The position numbers and the translations under genes were made by a program. Shown here piece after piece: positions 10,658-20,460 of a DNA stretch of 64,000 nucleotides (positions are counted from its first letter, which is position 1; each line of letters opens with the position of its first letter). The DNA is from an uncultured Acidobacteriota bacterium (GTDB lineage Bacteria; Acidobacteriota; Thermoanaerobaculia; UBA5066; DATFVB01), in assembly GCA_963813155.1 (NCBI GenBank), contig CAWEYG010000002.1, forward strand, positions 64,001-128,000, in the 5' to 3' direction. The notes beneath the pieces are model-generated. The model did not search any database. It saw only the letters and a list, made by a program, of their open reading frames with translations, and had not been told where the DNA came from.

Positions 10658-11758
10658 GTGTCTTCAGCAGCCGGCAGCCCGGACGAACCGCAGATCGAGG
10701 AACAGCGGCCCGAGGAGACCCCTCCCGAGGCCATTCGCCATCGGGAGGACGTCCGCGAGGCTCTGCGCCAGGCGGGAACGGAGGAGCCCTCCGCCTCCCG
10801 GCTGACGCGGCGAGACCGGTTCTTTTTTGCCGGCCTCACCCTCGCGGCGCTTCTCTTCGGGGCAATCTATCTGCTCGGCGACAACGACATCGGAGGTTTC
10901 GAGAAGCTTGACGAGCCGCTCGCTCTCCACATCTTGCTCGCGGGCCTCCTCATTTCGGGCGTGCTCATCGCCGATCGCCTCGTCGACGCTCTCATCGTCT
11001 CAAAAATCGAGAATCGCGCGTCGCAGTACAACGTTCGCCGGGTCCGGCGTCTTGTGACCGCCCTCGCGGTCGTGGCGCTCGTCGTGACATCGTTTTTCGC
11101 GAACTGGCGGGCGACGCTCGCCTCCCTCGGAATCCTTTCGATCGTGTTCGGGCTCGCCCTGCAGGCCCCCCTGAGCAGCTTCTTCGGCTGGATCTACATC
11201 CTCGTCAAACGCCCCTACCGCGTCGGCGACCGGATCGAGATCAACGATGCGACGGGCGACGTCATCGACGTGGGATACCTCGACACGACGCTATGGGAGT
11301 TCGGAGGAAAGTACATCTCGGGCGACCACCCGAGCGGGCGCGTCATCAAGTTTCCCAACTCGCGCGTGTTCAGCAACGAGGTCTACAACTACTCCTGGCC
11401 CCTGTTCCCGTACATCTGGAACGAAATTCGCTTCCCCGTCGGCTACGACGCCGACTTCCCGTTCGTCTCCCGCGTCCTTCAGGAGGAAACGGCGCGCGAG
11501 GTCGGTCGGAACATGAAGAGCCGCGTCGAGGTCTTCCGCGAGCTGTTGTCGAGAACCCCGGTCGACCGGCTTCCCGTGCAGGAGGAGCCGACCGTCTTTT
11601 TCCGCGTGAACGAGAACTCGTGGATCGACGCGACGGTCCGCTACCTCGTCTCGCCGAGAAACGCGGGCAACGTGAAGAGCGGTCTCATGCGCGCGCTGCT
11701 CGAAAAGATCCAGGAGCATCCCGAGAAGTTCCGTTTTCCGAAGGGGGACTCGCGGTAA
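10658..11758 (+). CDS. Small-conductance mechanosensitive channel (MscS family)
   Basis: GLALQAPLSSFFGWIYILVKRPYRVGDRIEI..GDVIDVG; probable GTG start. Confidence 0.85.
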   Translation: MSSAAGSPDEPQIEEQRPEETPPEAIRHREDVREALRQAGTEEPSASRLTRRDRFFFAGLTLAALLFGAIYLLGDNDIGGFEKLDEPLALHILLAGLLISGVLIADRLVDALIVSKIENRASQYNVRRVRRLVTALAVVALVVTSFFANWRATLASLGILSIVFGLALQAPLSSFFGWIYILVKRPYRVGDRIEINDATGDVIDVGYLDTTLWEFGGKYISGDHPSGRVIKFPNSRVFSNEVYNYSWPLFPYIWNEIRFPVGYDADFPFVSRVLQEETAREVGRNMKSRVEVFRELLSRTPVDRLPVQEEPTVFFRVNENSWIDATVRYLVSPRNAGNVKSGLMRALLEKIQEHPEKFRFPKGDSR

Positions 11759-11782
11759 TCCCGCGGTCCGGACGCGAAGCCG

Positions 11783-12508
11783 TCAGGCCGTCACGCTCCG
11801 GCGCGACCCTTTCTTCTCGTACAGGTCCTTGTCCGCCCGCGCGAGGATCTCCTCGAGCTTTTCCGTCGACGGGTCGATCGAGACGGTCCCGATGCTGAGC
11901 GAGACGTCGAACGGCTGCCGCGAGCGCGCGTTCCAGAAGTCGAGGTTCTTCTGAAGCCGACCGAGAATGCCGGCGCCGCCGTCCCGGGAGTCGACGAGCG
12001 CGAGCACGGCGAACTCGTCGCCCCCCAATCGCGCGAGGATGTCGGAGCTGCGAAACGTCAGCTGGAGCGCGCGGGCCGCGCCCGCGAGGGCCAGGTCTCC
12101 GGACGCGTGGCCGAATCGGTCGTTGATCCGCTTCAGACCGTCCACGTCCGCGAGGAAGACGATCGCCGGCCGCTCGATCCGGTGGGCCAGGCCCAGGACG
12201 CCGGTCGCATGGGCGACGAAGCCGCGGCGGTTGTAGAGCCCCGTCAGGTCGTCGACCATCGCAAGCGCCGTCAGCGTCCGCTGCGCGCGTCCGCGGGCTG
12301 CGAGCTCCCGGCCGATCGTCGCGCCCGAGAACACGATCAGCGAGAGTCCCAGGGCGCCGCCGGCCGCGAGCCCGGCCGCGAGCCCCGGGTCGATGCCCGA
12401 GAGGCGAATCGAGGCGAATCCGAGCAGCGCCGCGAGCAGGGAGACGCCGGTGATGCCGGCGCTCATCTTTCCAGCCGCCGAGCGGCGGGCCTTCGAACGA
12501 ATCTTCAT
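11783..12508 (-). CDS. Membrane-anchored diguanylate cyclase
   Basis: Two TM helices, DDLTGLYNRR, RSSD I-site, GGDEF. Confidence 0.9.
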   Translation of the reverse strand: MKIRSKARRSAAGKMSAGITGVSLLAALLGFASIRLSGIDPGLAAGLAAGGALGLSLIVFSGATIGRELAARGRAQRTLTALAMVDDLTGLYNRRGFVAHATGVLGLAHRIERPAIVFLADVDGLKRINDRFGHASGDLALAGAARALQLTFRSSDILARLGGDEFAVLALVDSRDGGAGILGRLQKNLDFWNARSRQPFDVSLSIGTVSIDPSTEKLEEILARADKDLYEKKGSRRSVTA

Positions 12509-12561
12509 GGGGCTGTTTCGGCCGGGATACTAGCAGATTTTTCGGCCGGCGCCGAACGGGG

Positions 12562-13029
12562 TTAGCCCGCGCGCTCAATCCGGAACATGTAGCACCCCTC
12601 CGCCACGTTGCGTGCGTGGAGGTAGGCGGCGCGAGGGTCGCCGAGCAATTCCTCGATCACGGATTCCACGCGGCGGTCGCCGACAGCCTGCGCCGCCAGC
12701 ATGGAATCGCCGGAATCGTACGCGCGGATCACGGCGGATCGCTTCGGAAATTGCGCCGGATATTCGAGCTCGAGCGCGTATCGCGCGCATTCCCGTTCGT
12801 GGACGAAGACCGGCCCGCGCTCGGCGTACGGCTGATCGGAGGAGAACGGGCAGTAAGAAGCGAGCAGGACGGTCTCGCCGGGCTCCGAGAGCGTCAGGCA
12901 ATGCCGGCACTGATGCGGCTCCACGTCCCGGCGGGGGACCACGGACGAGCCGCCGTTCCGGGCGGTAGCCCGCGCGGAATCGGCGAATTCGGACGGGATC
13001 GCGACGAAGCGATATTTCTTCTCATTCAT
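12562..13029 (-). CDS. DUF1203 family protein
   Basis: CRHCL, PYAERGPVFVH, YLHARN..GCY motifs. Confidence 0.85.
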   Translation of the reverse strand: MNEKKYRFVAIPSEFADSARATARNGGSSVVPRRDVEPHQCRHCLTLSEPGETVLLASYCPFSSDQPYAERGPVFVHERECARYALELEYPAQFPKRSAVIRAYDSGDSMLAAQAVGDRRVESVIEELLGDPRAAYLHARNVAEGCYMFRIERAG

Positions 13030-13090
13030 GGGACGCAGACTACCGGACGCCGGCGACCGCGTCTGGCGGTTTTCGGACGCGGCGTCCCGG

Positions 13091-14200
13091 TCAGCTGACG
13101 AGCGCGAGCGGGGCGTATCTCCCGGGCTCGCTCTCCCGCGTTTCAATCGAAATCCGGTCGCGCCCGAGGCGCTTCGCGGAATAGAGCGCGAGGTCCGCCC
13201 GGGCAAGCGCGGACTCCGCGGTGTCCCCCGGGAGGACGTCGCAGATCCCGAACGTCGCGGTTGCGTGAAACGCGACGCCCCGCGAACCGAGAAACAGGTG
13301 CGAGCCCAGGCGCTTTCGGATCCGTTCGAGCACCGCGACCGCATCGGCGGCCGAGGACCGCGAAAAGAGAATGCAGAATTCGTCTCCGCCGTAGCGCGCG
13401 GCGACGTCGTCGGAGCGCAGCTCGGCGAGCATCAGGCTTCCGAACGCGCGGAGCACTTCGTCGCCGGCCGCGTGGCCGTGCTCGTCGTTGACGGTCTTGA
13501 AGAAGTCCAGATCGGCCATACAGAGACTCAGCGGATCCCCGTGGCGGCGCGCGGACGAGACCGCGGGGCCGAGGCGACCCAGGAAGTGCCGCCGGTTGAA
13601 AAGCCCGGTCCCCTCGTCGCGGCTCGACTCGTGGCGGAGCCGGTCTTCGAGGAGCTTGATCTGCGTGATGTCGGTCTGCGCGCCGGCCATGCGCACCGGC
13701 CGCCCGCTCGCGTCGCGGATCGCGCGGCCGCGGCTCAACATCCAGCGGTAGGAGCCGTCCTTGTGCCGCATCCGGACCTCCATCTCGAACTGAGAAGTCT
13801 CTCCGCGGAAATGCGCGCCTTTCGCCGCCTGGTAGAGCGGAAGGTCGTCCGGATGCCCCATTCCGAGGATCGCTTCGGGAGTGTCTCCGATCTCTCCGGG
13901 CTCGTAGCCGAGCATTTCCTTCCAGCGGTTCGAGACGAAGACGCGGCCGGCGTCGAGATCCCAGTCGAGGATGCCGTCGTTGGACCCGTCCACGGCGAAC
14001 GCGTAGCGTTCCTGGCTGAGGCGAAGCGCGTCTTCGACTTGCTTGCCGCCCGGGTGCAGAGGCGCTGCTTCCAGAGCAGGATGAGAAGGCCGAGAGCGAC
14101 GGCTACCAGTCGGTGCCCGTTCGGCGGGAAGCAGGACGACCGCGAGGCCGATCAGGAGGAGTCCGCCGTCGGCGAATTTCGGCTTCCAGAGTCTCTTCAT
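13091..14200 (-). CDS. PAS-domain diguanylate cyclase
   Basis: SNDGILDWD..HPDD..RHKDGSYRW PAS domain, RSDD I-site, GGDEF; start uncertain, N-terminal TM region probably has compensating indels. Confidence 0.85.
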   Translation of the reverse strand: MKRLWKPKFADGGLLLIGLAVVLLPAERAPTGSRRSRPSHPALEAAPLHPGGKQVEDALRLSQERYAFAVDGSNDGILDWDLDAGRVFVSNRWKEMLGYEPGEIGDTPEAILGMGHPDDLPLYQAAKGAHFRGETSQFEMEVRMRHKDGSYRWMLSRGRAIRDASGRPVRMAGAQTDITQIKLLEDRLRHESSRDEGTGLFNRRHFLGRLGPAVSSARRHGDPLSLCMADLDFFKTVNDEHGHAAGDEVLRAFGSLMLAELRSDDVAARYGGDEFCILFSRSSAADAVAVLERIRKRLGSHLFLGSRGVAFHATATFGICDVLPGDTAESALARADLALYSAKRLGRDRISIETRESEPGRYAPLALVS

Positions 14201-14358
14201 ACCGAGGGGTACTTGCATCCGGGCGGCCAGCTTTTCCACCCCTGGATCCGCCTCGATCCCATTGAAAACAAGTGGTCCTGACGATCTCCAGGTGGCCAAA
14301 TTCCGTGGGAATCTCCGCGGGGGAGGCCAATTCTGGAATCCGGAGAATTCCGGCGCCC

Positions 14359-15346
14359 TCATTTTCGGGGTTCGTAGACTCCGACGACGACGATCTCGTA
14401 GGGGAGACTCCGGGTGAGCAAGCCGGGCTGCTCCGGCGACCGCTCGGCCCGGGATGCGACTTCCGAAAGGCTGATTCTTGGCAGGCCGCAAACGTGAAGG
14501 CGGCTTCCGGGCGGGAGGTCTCGCACGATCCTTTCGGGAGGGGAATTCGCGACGAAGGCCATCCGGATCTTCGGCGCCAGGAGATTTCCCTTCAGGTCGA
14601 GGACCGCCGCGTCGACGAATCTTCCGTCGCTGACGACCTGCTGCGGTCCCGGCCCGGTCTCCAGCAGGAACTCCGCGTCGTTGAGCCTCGTGCTCGGCGT
14701 TTCGATCGTCGTCGTCGTCTCTCCCCTCGAAATGCGGCAGGGAATCTTCTCGAGGCCGCGGAAAACGAGGTCGGCGCTCCCCGGGCGATACCCCTTGACG
14801 GGGCGGAGCGATTCGAGAAGGTCGAGCTTTCCCGCGCGGACGACCGGGTGAATCTCGAAGACGTGGTCGGGGTTCGTGCTCTCCGCGGAAGCCGTCTCTC
14901 CGCCCTGAATTTCTTCCGACTCGCCGGGATGCTCGATCCAGAGGCGCCACGCGCCGGCCATGTCGAGCGTCCGGCCCGTTCCGACGACTCCCCGAACGAG
15001 GTCGAAGGCCCCCTTCTCCTTCGCCGAGTTCTGGATCTCCGCGACGAACGTCAGGCCGATCCCGGGCGAAGTGCCGGCGATATGGAAGTCTCCGTCGACG
15101 ATCGCGGGATGCGGCCTCGTGTCCGCCCGGTCCACCGCCATCGGAACCTCGATCGTGACCCTGTTCTTGTAAGCCTCGATGAATATCCGGTCGAGCGTGA
15201 TCGCGACGTCCGCCGAAGAGCCGATCGCGCGCACGCGGATCAGGTCCTGTTTCGCGCCCCGGAAGAGCGCCGCGCAGCCGCCGAGAAGAACGGCGAGGAA
15301 CGGCAGCGCGATCCGCGAGAAACGAGCCGGTCGGGGCGCGCGACAT
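14359..15346 (-). CDS. Hypothetical lipoprotein (frameshift near start)
   Basis: Frame of ORF 14359..15234 extends upstream to IALPFLAVLLGGC (lipobox); ATG at 15346 is in a neighbouring frame. Confidence 0.6.
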
Positions 15347-15354
15347 CGCCGACG

Positions 15355-17334
15355 TCAGGGCGAGGGAACGTACGACAGCGTCGCGCTGAACGACAGCTGC
15401 GTGATGTCGGAGGCCGACGCGTCGGTGCTCTGGAGCGTCCGAATGCGGACTCCGACGCGGTCGCCGGCGTTCACCACGATCGATCCCGTGTTGATGTTCG
15501 TCGCCGCTCGAAACGTCCCGGCCGTGATTGTGTTACTGGGAAAACCGAATCGGACAGAAGTCGTCAACGGGGTCGTCACATAGGACGAGGCGAGATGATC
15601 GATGCCGCTGTTCGGGCTCGACGGAGCGACGAAGACCGTAAAGTCGTACTGCAGGCCCAGGGTGTTGATCGAGGTGATGGAGGCGACGAGCAGATCCGCG
15701 CTGACCTGGAGATTCTGTATCGTCCCGGCGAAGGGAACCGGGAAGGAGAAGCCCGCTGCCTCCGGAGGCATCGTGGATTCCCCGCTCCCGTTGATGATTT
15801 CCACCGTGCTGCTTCCAAAACCCATGAGTATGGGCGCGGCCGAAACGACCGTCGCTCCCGAGAGGATCTGCCCGCTCGAGAAGACGATCACGCCCCCGCC
15901 GGGGCCCGTGGGACCCGTCGGACCCGGGACTCCCGACGGGCCGGTCGCGCCCGCGACTCCCGTGGGTCCCGTCGGTCCCGTCCCGCCGGTGGGTCCGGTC
16001 GGCCCCGTCGCTCCAGTGACGCCGGCCGGGCCAGTCGCACCCGTGGTTCCGGTCGGTCCGGTCAGACCGGTCGGCCCGGTGGGTCCCGTCGGCCCCGTGG
16101 GCCCCGGGGTCCTGTGGGTCCCGTCGCTCCGGTGACGCCCGTGGGTCCTGTCGGCCCGTGCCGCCTTCGAGCGCGATGACGTCCCAATCGGCCGTGTCGG
16201 CGGCGGGGTCGCCGCCGTTGCAACCCGCGACGTTCTTGCAGAAGTAGCTCGAGCCCAGGTACTGGACGGCATCGCGATAGTTGTACGCGACGTTCGTCCA
16301 CGTTCCCTGCCAGTTGATGCCGACGGGCCCCGTGGGTCCCGTCGGCCCCGTCGGCCCCGTCGGCCCGTGACTCCCGGGATACCGGAAATTCCCGGGTTCC
16401 CCTGCGGTCCCGGGTTTCCCCTTGTCACCCGGAGGTCCGTCGGTTTCCCGGTGCGCCTTTCGGACCCGTCGGGCCGGTCGGGCCGGTTGCCCCGAGCGCC
16501 GAGCCCGCTCGCAAAGAGCATCTCGAAACCGGAGGCGTCCTGGCTCTCGTTCGCAATCTGGGCTCCCGCGAAGATCACGCTGCCGGATCGGCTCGCGCCC
16601 GCGGCCCCGATCGTCGAGTCGACGGGAGCGAGCACCGTGCCGACCAGCCGGGCGTTCGTCGTCGAGAGGTTCGGAACGATGTCCGCGACGTTCGTCTGAA
16701 GGTGTTCAAAGCCGCCAAGCGAGTAGATCTTCGAACCGAGCAGGTGTCCGAGATTGTCGAGGACGCTCACCTGGAACGCCGCCGGATTGCCCGTCGTCTC
16801 GACCATCGCAAAGTTGTAGCGGAAATTTTCGTTTCCTCCCTGGTCGACTCCCTGGATCGTGGACGTCTCGCCCGGCGCGAGAGCGAAGATCGACGGAACG
16901 CCGGCGAAGAACAGCCCGGTGCTCTGCGCCCAGGTCCTGTCCCGGGGCAGAGGTTGAAGATTCTCGAGGAAACGAACACGTCCCCGCTGGAAGAGACGAT
17001 GTGGCCGGCGCCGAGCGCGGCCGTGAGGCCGAACCTGCTCAGGATGACGTCTTCGTACATTTTCGTCTCGCCGGGGGCAAGCGTGTCGGAAAAGGACGCG
17101 GGGTTCGGATTCGCCTGCCCGGAGGCGAGGAAGAAGAAACCGAAACTGGCCGGCTGGGTCGACGAAAGGTTCGTGATCCAGACCGTCGTCGAGAATTGCG
17201 CGCCTCGAAGCCCCCGCCACGCGGCCGATCGAAGCCAGGTAGAGGTCGCTCGAGGCAAAACCCGCATCGGCCGCAGGTGACACCGCCAGTGACGCCAGGA
17301 TTGCAATCACACACGACGCGAGGCGACCCTTCAT
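15355..17334 (-). CDS. Secreted collagen-like protein with BclB-like C-terminal domain (several frameshifts)
   Basis: Signal peptide; GPT/GAT triplet tracts at about 15900-16490; C-terminus VFSSG...LMGFGSS...[14 protein letters not shown] resembles the BclB C-terminal domain. Confidence 0.75.
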   Translation of the reverse strand: MKGRLASCVIAILASLAVSPAADAGFASSDLYLASIGRVAGASRRAILDDGLDHEPFVDPAGQFRFLLPRLRAGESEPRVLFRHACPRRDENVRRRHPEQVRPHGRARRRPHRLFQRGRVRFLENLQPLPRDRTWAQSTGLFFAGVPSIFALAPGETSTIQGVDQGGNENFRYNFAMVETTGNPAAFQVSVLDNLGHLLGSKIYSLGGFEHLQTNVADIVPNLSTTNARLVGTVLAPVDSTIGAAGASRSGSVIFAGAQIANESQDASGFEMLFASGLGARGNRPDRPDGSERRTGKPTDLRVTRGNPGPQGNPGISGIPGVTGRRGRRGRRDPRGPSASTGRERGRTSRTTIAMPSSTWARATSARTSRVATAATPPPTRPIGTSSRSKAARADRTHGRHRSDGTHRTPGPTGPTGPTGPTGLTGPTGTTGATGPAGVTGATGPTGPTGGTGPTGPTGVAGATGPSGVPGPTGPTGPGGGVIVFSSGQILSGATVVSAAPILMGFGSSTVEIINGSGESTMPPEAAGFSFPVPFAGTIQNLQVSADLLVASITSINTLGLQYDFTVFVAPSSPNSGIDHLASSYVTTPLTTSVRFGFPSNTITAGTFRAATNINTGSIVVNAGDRVGVRIRTLQSTDASASDITQLSFSATLSYVPSP

Positions 17335-17407
17335 TGATATCCCCCTTCCCGAGTATGCCAGATTCGGAGCCTTCGGTTCCCGGAGTCTGAGATATTCTTC
17401 CTCTCCG

Positions 17408-18325
17408 ATGCCCGACCAGATCGCCGTGCGGGGGCTGCGAAAGCAGTTCCCGAAAGTCCTCGCGGTCGCGGGAGTCGACCTGAACGTCTCCGCCGGCGAG
17501 GTCTTCGGCCTGCTCGGCCCGAACGGCGCGGGCAAGACGACGACGCTCGAGATGATCGAGGGGCTCACCGCTCCCGACGCGGGAGAGATCGAGATCTGCG
17601 GATTGCGGTGGCGCGACAACGGCCCGGAGATCCGCTCCCGGATCGGCGTGCAGCTCCAGGCAACGAGCCTGTACAACAAGATCACCCCGAAGGAGGCGCT
17701 CGACCTCTTCGGAAGCTACTACCCGAAGCGGCGTTCCACGGCGGACCTTCTCGAGCTCGTTCAGCTGAAGGACAAGGCCGACTCGTACCACGTCACGCTC
17801 TCCGGCGGACAGGCGCAGCGCCTCGCGCTCGCGCTCGCGCTCGTCAACGATCCCGACGTCGTCTTTCTCGACGAGCCGACCGCGGGCCTCGACCCGCAGG
17901 GCCGCCGGTCGCTGTGGGAGGTCGTTCGCGCGATGAAGGGCGAGGGCCGCACGGTCGTCTTGACGACGCACTACATGGACGAAGCGGAGCAGCTCTGCGA
18001 CCGGCTCGCGATCCTCGACCACGGCACGATTCTCCGTTCCGGCACTCCCGCCGGGCTCATCGAGTCGCTCGGAATTCCGAGCGTCGTCGAGCTCGCGTTC
18101 GAGGGCGCCGCTCCCGATCCGTCGTCGCTCTCGTCGCGCCTTGGGGAACCCGTCGAGGCGCGCGGGGACTTCTGGGAGATCCCGACGCGCGACCCGAAGA
18201 AGCTGCTCCCGCGGCTGCTCACGGCGATCGAGGAAGAGCGGCTCGAATACGACCAGATCCACGTTCGCCGGGCGACCCTCGAAGACGTCTTCCTGCAGCT
18301 GACCGGAAGGAGCCTGCGTGACTGA
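17408..18325 (+). CDS. ABC transporter ATP-binding protein (DrrA-like)
   Basis: [31 protein letters not shown]. Confidence 0.95.
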   Translation: MPDQIAVRGLRKQFPKVLAVAGVDLNVSAGEVFGLLGPNGAGKTTTLEMIEGLTAPDAGEIEICGLRWRDNGPEIRSRIGVQLQATSLYNKITPKEALDLFGSYYPKRRSTADLLELVQLKDKADSYHVTLSGGQAQRLALALALVNDPDVVFLDEPTAGLDPQGRRSLWEVVRAMKGEGRTVVLTTHYMDEAEQLCDRLAILDHGTILRSGTPAGLIESLGIPSVVELAFEGAAPDPSSLSSRLGEPVEARGDFWEIPTRDPKKLLPRLLTAIEEERLEYDQIHVRRATLEDVFLQLTGRSLRD

Positions 18326-19410
18326 CGGAAGGAAGCTTCCGAGCCCGTTCCGGCTCCTCGGGCAGCAGTTCCGCGTCGAGTGGCGGCTCTACGCGCGCGA
18401 CCGCGGCGCCATGTTCTGGACGTTTCTCTTTCCGCTGCTCATGCTCTTCGGCATGGGCGCGATTTTTCGCTCGGGCGGCGGCCCCGCCCTGACACTCGTC
18501 CGCGTCGCGCCGGAGCACGAAACGGCGCTCGACCGCGCGTTCGTGAAGACCCTCGAAGAAGCCCGCCTGAGGGTCCTCACGGTTCCTTCCGCTGACGCGG
18601 AGAAGCGGTGGCAAAGAGGGGAAACGACGGCGCAGCTCGAGAGCGTCGCCGGAGGGTACCGGCTTCGGGTCAACAGCTACCTCCTCGCGCAGGGGCAGGT
18701 CGCGGCGCAGGCGGCGAGCCAGGCGTTCCTCGTCGCGCAGGCGCGCGTCAACGGCTCTCCGGAGCCGCAGCGCATTCCGATGGTCGTCGAGAGCCCGGGA
18801 CACGCGCACGCGAACAACTACGCGGCCTTCCTTCTGCCCGGCCTGATCGGGTTGAACCTCTTGACGATGGGCCTCTTCACGGTCGGAATGGTCACCGTCT
18901 CGTACCGCGAGAAGGGAAAGTACCGGCGCCTCGCCGTCACTCCCCTGCCGAAATGGGTATTCCTGATGGGGCAGATCCTCCAGCGCATCACGGTCGTGGC
19001 GGTGCAGACGATCCTGCTGCTCCTCGCGGCGAAGCTCGGGTTCCAGGTCGTCAACGAGGGCTCGTACGCGCTGTTCGCGTTCCTTCTCGTTTTCGGCACG
19101 GCGGCGTTCATCGCGATGGGTTTCGCGCTCTCGAGCTTCGCGTCGACGATCGAGACGTACGGGGCGATCTCGAACCTCGTGTTCTTCCCGCTGATGCTGC
19201 TGTCCGGCGTCTACTTCCGGATCGACGGCGCTCCGAAGTGGATGCAGAAGCGCCGTGTACGTCCTGCCGCTGGCGCCGTTCCTGCGCGCGCTGCGCGCCG
19301 TGTTCAACGACGGCGCGACGCTCGTGGGCCACGGAACGGGGCTCGCGATCCTCGGCGCCTGGGGCGCGGCCTCGTTCCTCCTCGCGGTCCGTCGCTTCCG
19401 CTGGGTCTAG
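18318..19410 (+). CDS. ABC-2 type permease (frameshift near 19250)
   Basis: FWTFLFPL, YREKGKYRRL..TPL, PLMLLSGVYF; shifted frame ends AVRRFRWV* at 19410. Confidence 0.85.
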
Positions 19411-19428
19411 TTCACTCGTTGAACGGCG

Positions 19429-20385
19429 CTACTGCGGGTTCTCGCTGATCGAGACGAGGACGAGGCGGCTGCCGCACGAGTTGAAGTGGTAATAGTTCGC
19501 AAACTTCTTTCCCTTCGAGTTCACGCCTTCCGTCCGGACGTACGCGGTCCCCGGGCGGGCCGTGAACTCGCCGGGCGTGGGAGTGCCGGGCTGGAGAAAT
19601 CGATCGGCGTAAACGGCGAGATCGGCGTCGATCCCGTCGAGGCCCCGGATCGCCGCGATCGCCTTCTCGCCGAAACCCTGGGCAGCGAGGACTCCTTTCG
19701 CGTTTTTCGCGAGCGCGGCTTCTCTCACGGCGAGATACGCCGCCGTCACGGGGCCTTCCGAGGGGCGAGGAGCGGTCTCGTCCGACCTGCGGCCGTCGGA
19801 GCGGTTCATCTCGCTCACCTCGCGGACTTCCGGAAGGGCGACGGGAAGGTCGAACTGGAAACTTCCGTCGCTGCGATGGACCGCCGTGCCGACGATCCGG
19901 TTCGGGGGCGAAGGGCGGCGATAGACCCGGAATTCGCGGCCGCCCGGGCTCTTGTCGAACGAGCTCCCGTCGAACGCCGTGCCGTATCCGAAGTATTTCG
20001 ATTTTCCCTTCGCGTCGACGGTGACCTCGGCCCACGAGGCATTTCGGAGAGTCTTCAACGACCGGGCTTCGGTCATCGGGCAGGGAGAATCCGCGAGCAT
20101 CGGGGACGCGATTTGTTTGCTCGACGCGAAGACGACCGTCCCCGCTCCGTCGCCGGCCGTGAAGGCCACGCCGTCGACGAGGTCGAATCGGCCGATGTTG
20201 GTCTCGTGGATGCTTCCCTTGACGGGAGCCGGGTACTTGTACGGGGCGGGCCTCTCCGGGACGGCCGCCCGGGGCGCCGCGGGCTCGGGCCTTCCTCCCG
20301 AGGCGGCAGGCTCTCGCTTGCCGCACCCGGCGGTCCAAATCGCCAACGCGGCAGCGGCGAACGGGAGGAATCGAAATCGCGGCAT
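19429..20385 (-). CDS. Hypothetical lipoprotein
   Basis: Lipobox WTAGC; 318-aa ORF. Confidence 0.7.
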   Translation of the reverse strand: MPRFRFLPFAAAALAIWTAGCGKREPAASGGRPEPAAPRAAVPERPAPYKYPAPVKGSIHETNIGRFDLVDGVAFTAGDGAGTVVFASSKQIASPMLADSPCPMTEARSLKTLRNASWAEVTVDAKGKSKYFGYGTAFDGSSFDKSPGGREFRVYRRPSPPNRIVGTAVHRSDGSFQFDLPVALPEVREVSEMNRSDGRRSDETAPRPSEGPVTAAYLAVREAALAKNAKGVLAAQGFGEKAIAAIRGLDGIDADLAVYADRFLQPGTPTPGEFTARPGTAYVRTEGVNSKGKKFANYYHFNSCGSRLVLVSISENPQ

Positions 20386-20460
20386 TCGTTAATTTCCTGT
20401 CCGGAAAATCATATCCGGATACGGGCGCGCTACAATCCTTTTCCCCACAAAGGAGGCCCA

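Noticed and set aside
15900-16500. 9-bp tandem repeats as a VNTR or array
   Set aside because: They encode collagen Gly-X-Y triplets.
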